Of a stretch of DNA of 24,000 bases, positions 1-7,878 are shown piece by piece. The position numbers and the translations under genes were made by a program. The stretch lies in the NCBI RefSeq assembly GCF_000385335.1, contig NZ_ARWA01000001.1, positions 426,081 to 450,080 on the forward strand, read 5' to 3'. The notes beneath the pieces were generated by a model, which saw only the letters and a program-made list of their open reading frames with translations, was not told where the DNA came from and searched no databases. The number at the start of each line of letters is the position of its first letter. Within the stretch, counting starts at the first letter, position 1. Source of the stretch: Methyloferula stellata AR4. GTDB taxonomy: Bacteria; Pseudomonadota; Alphaproteobacteria; Rhizobiales; Beijerinckiaceae.

Positions 1-556
1 CGGCGCCGGCGGCACAAAAATGCTTGGCAGTCGCGGCAATCGAATAGCGCGCCGCCGAATTCTCGCCTTGGAAGCCGCGGATCTTTGCCTCGGCAAATCT
101 CGCCGCGACGAAAGGGTCCTCGCCTGGACCTTCGGCGATCCGTCCCCAACGCGGATCACGCGATACATCGAGCATGGGCGCGAAAGTCAGCGCGATCCCG
201 TCGCTTGCTGCTTCCATCGCCGCGGCGCGCGCCGTGCGCTCCCATAAGAGAGGATCGAAGGCGCCTGCTTCGGCAAGCGGAATAGGGAAGATCGTCCGAT
301 GTCCGTGCAGCACGTCAAGGCAAAAGAGAAGCGGAATGCCGAGCCGCGTCTCTTCGACCGCCAATCTCTGAGCCGCCGCAGTCGTGTCCCGGCCCCAGAG
401 GTTCAGAAGGCCGCCGACGCGCCCGGCACGAATGTCCGCACTCGCCTCGCCGCCGCCCGCGGGCCCGGTGACGGCTTGGCCAGCCGCCACCAGATTGAGC
501 TGACCGATCTTTTCCTCCAACGTCATGGCGGCGAGAAGCGAATTAATCACGTCCAT
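1..556 (-). CDS. bglX: Glycoside hydrolase family 3 beta-glucosidase (BglX-like), N-terminal part; the gene continues past the window start
   Basis: Absent from the ORF track because it runs off the window. My minus-strand translation from ATG 556..554 reads MDVINSLLAAMTLEEKIGQLNLVAAG...GIPLLFCLDVLHGHRTIFPIPLAEAGAFDP...TFAPMLDVSRDPRWGRIAEGPGEDPFV...SIAATAKHF. This aligns closely with my recollection of the E. coli BglX N-domain (DEKIGQL, YDVLHGQRTVFPI, DVSRDPRWGR.SEGFGED, KHF). No signal peptide is visible. Confidence 0.85.
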   Translation of the reverse strand, partial: MDVINSLLAAMTLEEKIGQLNLVAAGQAVTGPAGGGEASADIRAGRVGGLLNLWGRDTTAAAQRLAVEETRLGIPLLFCLDVLHGHRTIFPIPLAEAGAFDPLLWERTARAAAMEAASDGIALTFAPMLDVSRDPRWGRIAEGPGEDPFVAARFAEAKIRGFQGENSAARYSIAATAKHFCAAGA

Positions 557-618
557 TGCTCGGCCATCTCCTCAAACGGCGGCCGGTGAGCATAGCCGAT
601 CTTTGCGCGGGTAGTGCT

Positions 619-2475
619 ATGATGGATAGACCTACAAAGAGCGAGACGCGGGTGGAGCAGGTTCATATGGCAGACCAGATCTTTGTCGAGCCACGATCTG
701 CAGATGACGAGTTCGCGCCGCAACTGAAAACGATTTGGGAGGCCTTTTATGCTTCGCGCCAGCGCGCAAGCTTGCTTTGGCTCGGCGCGGGTCTTGTGGC
801 GGTGGTCGGAGCAACCGCCTTTGGACAAATCCGGCTCAATGCGTGGAATCAACCGTTTTACGACGCTCTTTTCCGCAAAGATCTCCCGGCCATGGGCTCC
901 CAGCTTCTGGTTTTTGCCGGCATAGCCTGCTTCCTGCTTGTCTTGAATGTCGCCCAGACCTGGCTCAACCTGACGGCGAAAGTGAATTTGCGCGAAGGAT
1001 TGACACGCGATCTGTTCGCGCAATGGCTCACGCCGGATCGCGCTTTTCTGCTCGCAGGTTCCGGCGAGATCGGGGTCAATCCGGACCAGCGCATCCACGA
1101 GGACGCCCGCCATCTCGCTGAACTTTCGATCGATCTCGGCGTCGGTCTCCTCCAGGCAACGCTTCTCTTGGCGAGTTTCATCACCGTCCTGTGGGCTTTG
1201 TCGGAGGGCGTGACGTTCGAGCTTCCTGGGAGAAGCCTTTCCATACCCGGTTATATGGTCTGGGCGGCGCTTTTCTACGCCGGGACGGCGTCCTGGGCGA
1301 GCTGGCGGGTCGGCCGCCCCCTCATCCTCATCAACGCCGAACGCTATGCCCGTGAGGCCGATCTGCGTTTCGCTCTCATGCATGTGAACGAACACACCGA
1401 CGGGATCGCGGTCTATCGCGGCGAGGCGGGAGAACAAGGTCGCCTCGGCAAGGAGTTCGATCGTCTTCTCCTCATACTCCGCCGCCTCGTCCGCGCTACG
1501 ACGAATTTGACCTGGCTCACGGCAGGCTATGGATGGTTCACCATCGCGGCGCCGATCGTGGTCGCTTCGCCCGCCTATTTCGCGGGACATCTGACCGTCG
1601 GCGGATTGCTCATGGCCGTCGGCGCTTTCAACCAAGTGCAGCAATCGCTGCGTTGGTTCGTCGATAATTTCGGTGCGATCGCGGATTGGCGTGCGACGCT
1701 GTTTCGTGTCGGCGATTTTCGCCGGGCGCTGATCGAAATGGATGAGATCGGCAAAGAAGCGAGCCGCGTCGAAGTTGTAACCACGGCCGACGACAAGCTC
1801 CGTTTGGATAATCTATGCATCTTTTCGCCCTCGGGCTGCACCACGTTGAATGAAGCGCATGTCGAGATCGCGCCATCGCAGCATGTCTTGATTATTGGTG
1901 CCCCGGGTTCGGGCAAGACCAGCCTCTTCCGCGCCATGGCCGGTCTCTGGCGTTGGGGAACGGGGACGATCAGCTTGCCGCCGGCAGATGGCATCATGTT
2001 CATGCCGGAGCGGCCCTATATAGCTGACGGCGCTTTGCGGGACGTTCTCGCTTATCCAGTTGCACCGGATAGGTTCGCAGGACATGAATTCCTCGAAGTT
2101 CTGACGCGCATGGGTCTGTCGCACTTGTCGGACCGGCTCGATCATGTCGCGCAGTGGGACAGAGAACTGACCGTGCCGGAGCAGCAAGCCCTCGCTTTCG
2201 CGCGCGTGTTGCTCCAAAAGCCGCGCTGGCTTTTAATCGACGAGGCGATAGAGTCGCTTTCTCCGGAAGCACGCAAAACGCTCTTCGATGTGTTCGAACA
2301 TGAATTGGCCGCGACGGCTGTCATTTACATCAATGGACCGCAGGCCCAAGACAAGTTCTATACGCGCGTTCTATATCTAAACATGAATCCGCAAGGTCAG
2401 CGTTTGAAGATTCCAGCCCTGCCGAGTTCTGCGGCGGCGAAGAAGAAACAAACCCTTTCCGCAAACCTGCGCTGA
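619..2475 (+). CDS. Fused permease/ATPase ABC transporter of the SbmA-BacA-like / ABC_membrane_2 type (YddA, BclA, Rv1819c family)
   Basis: Track ORF 556..2475. The N-terminal half has several hydrophobic helices and the NPDQRIHED motif typical of this TMD family. The C-terminal NBD has Walker A GAPGSGKTSLFRAMAGL, a degenerate signature LTVPEQQALAFARVLL and Walker B WLLIDEAIESL. The start is uncertain: TTG 556, ATG 619/622 or ATG 667. It is divergent from bglX with only about 60 bp between the starts. Confidence 0.85.
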   Translation: MMDRPTKSETRVEQVHMADQIFVEPRSADDEFAPQLKTIWEAFYASRQRASLLWLGAGLVAVVGATAFGQIRLNAWNQPFYDALFRKDLPAMGSQLLVFAGIACFLLVLNVAQTWLNLTAKVNLREGLTRDLFAQWLTPDRAFLLAGSGEIGVNPDQRIHEDARHLAELSIDLGVGLLQATLLLASFITVLWALSEGVTFELPGRSLSIPGYMVWAALFYAGTASWASWRVGRPLILINAERYAREADLRFALMHVNEHTDGIAVYRGEAGEQGRLGKEFDRLLLILRRLVRATTNLTWLTAGYGWFTIAAPIVVASPAYFAGHLTVGGLLMAVGAFNQVQQSLRWFVDNFGAIADWRATLFRVGDFRRALIEMDEIGKEASRVEVVTTADDKLRLDNLCIFSPSGCTTLNEAHVEIAPSQHVLIIGAPGSGKTSLFRAMAGLWRWGTGTISLPPADGIMFMPERPYIADGALRDVLAYPVAPDRFAGHEFLEVLTRMGLSHLSDRLDHVAQWDRELTVPEQQALAFARVLLQKPRWLLIDEAIESLSPEARKTLFDVFEHELAATAVIYINGPQAQDKFYTRVLYLNMNPQGQRLKIPALPSSAAAKKKQTLSANLR

Positions 2476-2590
2476 AACATTTCAAGGGGAGCGCAATGAG
2501 CTCGCACATTATAAGGCTAAAACATCTATTGGAGCGGAATCCGGGTCACCCTAAAAAATGCGCTGTCGCGCCGGGCAGGATGCTGAGACG

Positions 2591-3871
2591 ATGACGGCCG
2601 CCCACAAACCGCGCGCCGCCCCTGCTCAAAAACCGGTTTTGTCGGATGCCGCGCTGTTCGATCTCGTTCAGCGTCAAACCTTTCTCTATTTCTGGGATGG
2701 GGCCCACCCGGCAAGCGGCCTTGCGCGCGATCGCATCCGCGAGCCTTCGGACTCAAAGGACGACCTCGTCGCAACGGGCGGCACGGGTTTCGCCGTCATG
2801 GCCATCATCGTCGCGGTCGAGAGAGCTTGGATTACGCGGGACGACGCGCTGGCGCGTCTCGCATTGATGCTCGATCTTTTGGAAAGAGCGACCTGCTACC
2901 ACGGCCTTTTTCCGCATTTCATGAATGGCCGCACCGGCGCAACCATACCCTTCAGCCGCAAGGACGATGGCGGCGACATCGTCGAGACCTCGCTGCTTTT
3001 TCAAGGCCTGTTGTGCGCAAGGCAATATTTCGACCGTGATACGCCAGCCGAGGCCAGATTGCGCGACCGTGTCACCTGGCTGTGGCTCGATGTCGAATGG
3101 GATTGGCACATGCGCGATGGACGCAACGTGCTGACCTGGCATTGGAGCCCTAACAACGGCTTCAGCCTCGGGCACGAGATTCGCGGCTGGAACGAATGCC
3201 TGCTGACCTATGTCCTTGCCGCGTCCTCGCCGCGATATGCGATCAAGCCATCGGTCTATCACGAAGGTTGGGCACAAAGCCGCGGCTTTCTCAACGGCCG
3301 CACCTATTACGACGTCGAACTGCCGCTCGGACCGCCTTATGGCGGTCCCCTGTTTTTCTGCCATTACGCCTTCTGCGGTCTGGATCCACGCGGGCTTGAG
3401 GATGTTTATGCCGACTATTGGCGGCAGAATGTGAATCATGTGCGGATCAATTTCGAACATTGCGTCCGCAATCCCGGACATCATAAGGGCTACGGGCCTT
3501 CCTCTTGGGGCCTCACGGCGAGCGACGATCCCCGAGGCTACAGCGTACATGCGCCGGACAATGATAATGGCGTAATCGCTCCCACCGCCGCTCTATCGAG
3601 TTTTCCCTACGCGCCCGAGGCTGCGCTTCGCGCCGCCCGGCATTTTTATGAAAAGTTGGGCGGTAGGCTTTGGGGCCGTTTTGGTTTTCACGATGCCTTC
3701 AGCGAGGATGCCGATTGGGTCTCGGAGAGCTATTTTGCCATCGACCAAGGACCCATCGTCAGCATGATGGAGAACCACCGCACGGGCCTTTTGTGGAGTC
3801 TGTTCATGAAAGATCCCGACATTCAATCGGGCTTGCGCCGCCTCGGCTTTAAAAGCCCGCATCTGAAATAG
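2591..3871 (+). CDS. GH144-like endo-beta-1,2-glucanase ('glucoamylase family protein', PF10091-type), no signal peptide
   Basis: Track ORF 2558..3871. The N-terminal LSDAALFDLVQRQTFLYFWDGAHPASGLARDR block and the overall length match my recollection of the PF10091/GH144 family (Chitinophaga SGL type). The start is ATG 2591 or ATG 2558. Neither gives a hydrophobic signal sequence. Confidence 0.7.
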   Translation: MTAAHKPRAAPAQKPVLSDAALFDLVQRQTFLYFWDGAHPASGLARDRIREPSDSKDDLVATGGTGFAVMAIIVAVERAWITRDDALARLALMLDLLERATCYHGLFPHFMNGRTGATIPFSRKDDGGDIVETSLLFQGLLCARQYFDRDTPAEARLRDRVTWLWLDVEWDWHMRDGRNVLTWHWSPNNGFSLGHEIRGWNECLLTYVLAASSPRYAIKPSVYHEGWAQSRGFLNGRTYYDVELPLGPPYGGPLFFCHYAFCGLDPRGLEDVYADYWRQNVNHVRINFEHCVRNPGHHKGYGPSSWGLTASDDPRGYSVHAPDNDNGVIAPTAALSSFPYAPEAALRAARHFYEKLGGRLWGRFGFHDAFSEDADWVSESYFAIDQGPIVSMMENHRTGLLWSLFMKDPDIQSGLRRLGFKSPHLK

Positions 3872-3888
3872 AGCCATGCGCGGAGGAA

Positions 3889-5388
3889 TTGAATCCCTTG
3901 GCCGAAGAGCACGCAGCGGACATAAAACCCGGCACGCTTCCCGACTGGATGATGCGGCAATATCAATTCTGCGCCGTGGCGATGCCGCGTGCCATTTCGG
4001 CCACGGATCTCGTCAAGGAACGACGCGGCTTCGCTCAGACGATCAGGCCCGTGCGGGGCTCCATCTTGGCTTCAACGGAACGCGCGTCTTACGATCCAGA
4101 TCCCGATTATTTCTTTCATTGGCTGCGCGACTCGGCCCTGGTCATGGACGCCTTGCGCCTCTTGATCGAAGATCAATCGTCAGGCTTCGAGGCCGTCGCG
4201 CGTTTCGACGATTTCATCCAGTTCAGCGCGGCGCTCTCGCGGCTCGACGGCCGGGCCGTTCTGGCCGGCCCCGACTTTAGACAGGCGATCGATGCGTCGT
4301 TTCGCGCCTATGTCCGGCCCGACGCCGAGTTCGAAGCGCTCTTTGGGGAGCGTGTCCTGGGCGAGGCGCGGTTCAATCCCGACGGAACGCTCGATATCAG
4401 CAAATGGTCGCGCCCGCAGCACGACGGTCCGGCCTTGCGCGCTCTCACCTTGCTGCGGTTTTGGAATCTTGGCGGCCCTCGCGATAAGGCCAGCGACACG
4501 GTTTTGCAGTCCCTGCTCGAAGGCGATCTCGATTTCACGCTTCGCCATTGGCAGGAGCCTTGTTTCGACATTTGGGAGGAGGCTTCGGCCTATCACTACC
4601 ACACCCGCATCGTCCAATATGCGGCCTTGAGCGACGGTGCAGCGTGGGCAGAGATGCGGGGCGATGGAGCGCGCGGGCAAGCCTATCGTGTTGCGGCGCA
4701 AGAGCTCGTCTTGCATCTCGAAGATCATTTCGATCCCGGTCAAGGCGTCTATCTCAGCCCTTTGCCCGGCACGCCGCAGACGGGCGGCTCTTTGCTTGCC
4801 ATGCGGCTCGATATTGCCGTGATCCTCGGCGTCCTCCACGCGGCACGGCCGAACGGACCCCATAGCGTGCTCGATCCGAAAGTTCTCGCGACGCTGGCCC
4901 GGCTCGAACAGCTTTTCATCAAAGAGTACAGGATCAATAAAGAACAAGGCCCGCATGGCGCAGCCGCGATGGGACGCTATGCCGGTGATAAATATTATAG
5001 CGGGGGCGCCTATTATTTTGCGACGCTTGGCGCGGCGGAATTCTATTTCCGCTATGCGGAATCGATCGGGCGAGGCGAAACGATTCCGGTTGCTGACGAG
5101 AACCGCGGACTGTTGGCGAATATGCTTGGCCTATCGCCCGAAGCGCTCGCAGTCCCTTCGCTCGAACCGCGACATAGAGAGACGCTTTTCGAAGCCTGCA
5201 TGGACCGCGGCGATCGATTCATGGACGTGGTGCGGGCACATACGCCAGCGTCCGGCGAATTGTCGGAGCAATTCGATCAGACGAGCGGCGCGCAAACGTC
5301 AGCCAAAAACCTTACCTGGAGCTATGCTGCCTTCATCACTGCTTTTGCCAGCAGGAAAAGAGCCCTGAGCCGCCTGAAATACGCCTAG
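3889..5388 (+). CDS. Glycoside hydrolase family 15 (glucoamylase-family) catalytic-domain-only protein
   Basis: WSRPQHDGPALRALTLL and CFDIWEE correspond to the classic glucoamylase motifs (W.RPQ.DGPALRA; DLWEE general-acid region). YFFHWLRDSALV matches the Y.W.RDS motif. GGAGG lies at 3882-3886. TTG 3889 sits only 2 nt after it, so in-frame TTG 3898 is an equally plausible start. No signal peptide and no N-terminal beta-sandwich domain. Confidence 0.85.
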   Translation: MNPLAEEHAADIKPGTLPDWMMRQYQFCAVAMPRAISATDLVKERRGFAQTIRPVRGSILASTERASYDPDPDYFFHWLRDSALVMDALRLLIEDQSSGFEAVARFDDFIQFSAALSRLDGRAVLAGPDFRQAIDASFRAYVRPDAEFEALFGERVLGEARFNPDGTLDISKWSRPQHDGPALRALTLLRFWNLGGPRDKASDTVLQSLLEGDLDFTLRHWQEPCFDIWEEASAYHYHTRIVQYAALSDGAAWAEMRGDGARGQAYRVAAQELVLHLEDHFDPGQGVYLSPLPGTPQTGGSLLAMRLDIAVILGVLHAARPNGPHSVLDPKVLATLARLEQLFIKEYRINKEQGPHGAAAMGRYAGDKYYSGGAYYFATLGAAEFYFRYAESIGRGETIPVADENRGLLANMLGLSPEALAVPSLEPRHRETLFEACMDRGDRFMDVVRAHTPASGELSEQFDQTSGAQTSAKNLTWSYAAFITAFASRKRALSRLKYA

Positions 5389-5540
5389 GCTGCGCCAGTG
5401 CGGCCTTGAGCGTCCGTCGGGGGTGTCCGTAACAAATGCGGCGACCAGCTCGAAGACCGATGGAGCCCTCTGCCTGGCAAAACGGCGACAGTTCCATGAG
5501 TGGCCGCGCGTGCCAAGCTCCACTATATAGGTTCGAGGCG

Positions 5541-5584
5541 GGCGGCTTGGTCCGCCGAAAGCCGGGCGGAATGATCCCGGTTTT
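5541..5584 (+). terminator. Candidate intrinsic terminator for the glucan operon (two short GC hairpins, then TTTT)
   Basis: GGCGG(5541-5545)/CCGCC(5552-5556) hairpin, then CCGGG(5562-5566)/CCCGG(5576-5580) followed directly by TTTT 5581-5584. The stems are short, so support is weak. Confidence 0.3.
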
Positions 5585-5699
5585 AGCGGTGGCATTGCCG
5601 AAATCCGAGTTCGAGGACGGATGAGGCTGGGCCCACTGGCAATGCTTGACGTGGCCGCTCGCGAGGCAACGTGACCGGCGATGCGGTTCTGAGGTGCAC

Positions 5700-7109
5700 A
5701 TGGAAGGTTTAGGCTCGGCACGTCTGCGCGATCTCCCATCCGTAGATGCCGTTCTGAACACTGCCGCGGCGACAAAGCTCTTGGAGCGGTTTGGCCGCGC
5801 TGCATCGACGAGCGCCATTCGCGCGGCGCTTGGGGACGCGCGCACGGCGCTTCGGTCTGGCGCATCCTCAGTCCTAAGCGCGGATGAGCTGGCGCTCGAA
5901 GCGCGCGACAGGCTCGAGGCGGAAGACCGTTCCGGTCTGCGCCCGCTGTTCAATCTCACAGGCACAGTGTTGCACACGAATCTCGGCCGCGCCGTCCTGG
6001 CCGAAGTCGCGATCGAGGCAGCGACGGCGGCCATGCGCGAGCCCGTGGCTTTGGAGTTCGACTTGTCAGCGGGCGGACGGGGCGAGCGCGACGATCATGT
6101 GCGCTCGCTGCTTTGCGCGCTCAGCGGCGCAGAGGATGCGACGCTCGTCAATAATAACGCGGCAGCTGTTCTGCTCTGTCTCAATACGCTGTCGGATGGC
6201 CGAGAGGCGATCGTCTCGCGCGGCGAATTGATCGAGATCGGCGGCGCCTTCCGCATGCCGGACATTATGGCACGAGCGGGCGCAAAGCTGGTCGAGGTAG
6301 GCACGACAAATCGCACCCACGCCAAGGATTATCGTTCTGCCCTCAATGCGCAGACCGGTGTGATCCTTAAAGTCCACACCTCCAATTATCAGATCAAGGG
6401 TTTCACCGCCGAAGTCGGCGCGCGCGAACTGGCCGTGATTGCCGGCGAAGCGAATGTGCCTTTGATGAACGACCTCGGATCCGGCACGCTTGTCGATCTT
6501 TCGCACTATGGTCTGCAGAAGGAACCGACCGTACGCGAGGCCGTGGCCGAAGGTGCCGGCCTCGTCACATTTTCCGGCGACAAGCTGCTCGGCGGACCGC
6601 AAGCCGGCTTCATCGTCGGCAAGCGCGAGTTGATCGCGGCGGTCAATCGCAATCCGATGAAACGCGCATTGCGCGTCGACAAGATCCGGCTGGCAGCGAT
6701 CGAGGCGACGTTGAAACTTTACCGTGACCCTGATCGCCTCGCCGAGCGCCTTCCGACATTGCGGCTGCTGGCCCGGCCTCTGCCTGAGATCGCGGCGCTG
6801 GCGCAGCACCTGCTGCCCGCCGTGACGCAAGCCGTCGGCGCGAATTTCATGGTGGCTCTATGCGAATGCCGCAGCCAGATCGGGTCCGGCGCGCTGCCGC
6901 TCGACACGATCGCCAGCGCTGGTCTCGTCATCCGATCCCGCGCCGGAGGTGGGGCGCTCGAACGACTTGCGGCGGCGTTGCGTGGACTCGATCGCCCGGT
7001 GATCGGGCGGATCGAGGACGGAGGCCTCGTGCTTGATTTGAGATGCCTGACCGATGAAGCGGCGTTTTTGTCCACGCTCTCGAGGTTGAACACGCATGCG
7101 TTGGCTTGA
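5700..7109 (+). CDS. selA: L-seryl-tRNA(Sec) selenium transferase (selenocysteine synthase)
   Basis: Track ORF 5646..7109. The FSGDKLLGGPQAGFIVG PLP-lysine motif and the LFNLTGTVLHTNLGRA N-terminal motif are both typical of SelA. I place the start at ATG 5700 (MEGLGSARLRDLPSVDAVL...) rather than the alternative-codon start at 5646. Confidence 0.9.
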   Translation: MEGLGSARLRDLPSVDAVLNTAAATKLLERFGRAASTSAIRAALGDARTALRSGASSVLSADELALEARDRLEAEDRSGLRPLFNLTGTVLHTNLGRAVLAEVAIEAATAAMREPVALEFDLSAGGRGERDDHVRSLLCALSGAEDATLVNNNAAAVLLCLNTLSDGREAIVSRGELIEIGGAFRMPDIMARAGAKLVEVGTTNRTHAKDYRSALNAQTGVILKVHTSNYQIKGFTAEVGARELAVIAGEANVPLMNDLGSGTLVDLSHYGLQKEPTVREAVAEGAGLVTFSGDKLLGGPQAGFIVGKRELIAAVNRNPMKRALRVDKIRLAAIEATLKLYRDPDRLAERLPTLRLLARPLPEIAALAQHLLPAVTQAVGANFMVALCECRSQIGSGALPLDTIASAGLVIRSRAGGGALERLAAALRGLDRPVIGRIEDGGLVLDLRCLTDEAAFLSTLSRLNTHALA

Positions 7110-7878
7110 GTGGATCACAGGCCGGCGCAATCCGCGCCGCGATGTTTTGGCCGAAGCGCGCGCCGCGGCCGACGCAGGCGATTATGCTGCGGCCCTTGCG
7201 CTATGGGGGCCGCTTGCCCATGCGGGCGTGGCACGCGCCCAGAACAATATCGGCGCCTGCTTCTCTGAGGGTCTTGGGGTCGAGCGCGATCCTGCGCTTG
7301 CCCTCAAATGGCTGACGCTCGCAGCCGAAGGCGGCGATCCGGTCGGACAGCGAAACCTGGCGACGGCCTATTATAAGGGCGCGGGAGTTGAGGCGGACAT
7401 AGCCCGCGCGGCCGAACTCTACCGGGCCTCGGCGGCGCAAGGCGACGCCATCGCGCAGGACATGCTGAGTTTCCTGCTGCTTGAAGATAAGTCGATCTCG
7501 GCCGATCTTACGGAGGTGCATCGCTGGGCCCGGTCCGCCGCCGAAAATGGAGTAGCCAGCGCCATGACGCGATTGGGAATGCTCTATCACAACGCGATCG
7601 GCGTCGAACGCGATCCGGCCGCGGCCGTGCAGTGGTGGCGGCGCGCCGCCGAACTTGACGACGCCGATGCGCAGGCGATGCTTGGCGCAGCGCATCATCT
7701 TGGCAGCGGCGCGCTCGCGGACCAATCGATGGCGCTCGTCTATTTGCTGCGGGGACAGGCGGGCGGCAGCCGTTTGGCCGCGCCATTTCTCGGGCCTGTC
7801 CGCGCGGCACTTTCGCCCGCGGCGATCGTCGAGGCCGAACGGCAGGCGCAGCAGAAGCGGCTGGATGTGACGCCATGA
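7096..7878 (+). CDS. Sel1-like repeat (SLR/TPR-family) protein wedged between selA and selB
   Basis: Repeated about 36-aa units with the SLR signature: AQNNIGACFSEGLGVERDPALALKWLTLAAEGGDPVGQRNLATAYYKGAGVEADIARAAELYRASAAQGDAIAQ..., TRLGMLYHNAIGVERDPAAAVQWWRRAAELDDADAQAMLG. ATG 7096 overlaps the selA 3' end (stop 7107-7109). Its stop TGA 7876-7878 overlaps the selB ATG 7875 (ATGA). Confidence 0.8.
   Translation: MRWLEWITGRRNPRRDVLAEARAAADAGDYAAALALWGPLAHAGVARAQNNIGACFSEGLGVERDPALALKWLTLAAEGGDPVGQRNLATAYYKGAGVEADIARAAELYRASAAQGDAIAQDMLSFLLLEDKSISADLTEVHRWARSAAENGVASAMTRLGMLYHNAIGVERDPAAAVQWWRRAAELDDADAQAMLGAAHHLGSGALADQSMALVYLLRGQAGGSRLAAPFLGPVRAALSPAAIVEAERQAQQKRLDVTP

Noticed and set aside
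547-1644. Long antisense ORFs opposite well-supported genes. Examples: 547..1644(-), 2753..3550(-), 4180..4956(-), 6066..6830(-), 8472..9227(-), 10424..11248(-), 12392..13687(+), 16944..17936(+).
   Set aside because: These are typical shadow ORFs of high-GC DNA. Their translations are Arg/Pro/Ala/Gly-rich with no motifs. Each lies fully within a gene on the other strand that has strong family signatures.
5646-5699. N-terminal extension of selA from the track start at 5646 (MTWPLARQRDRRCGSEVH...).
   Set aside because: It uses a non-ATG start and reads as Arg-rich filler. ATG 5700 gives the typical SelA N-terminus (MEGLG..LRDLPSVDAVL).
7096-7878. Taking the family name 'Sel1-like repeat' as evidence of a selenium function.
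   Set aside because: The name derives from C. elegans sel-1 (suppressor/enhancer of lin-12) and is a coincidence. Only the operon position supports a link to selenium, so the claim is kept as a hypothesis in the findings.
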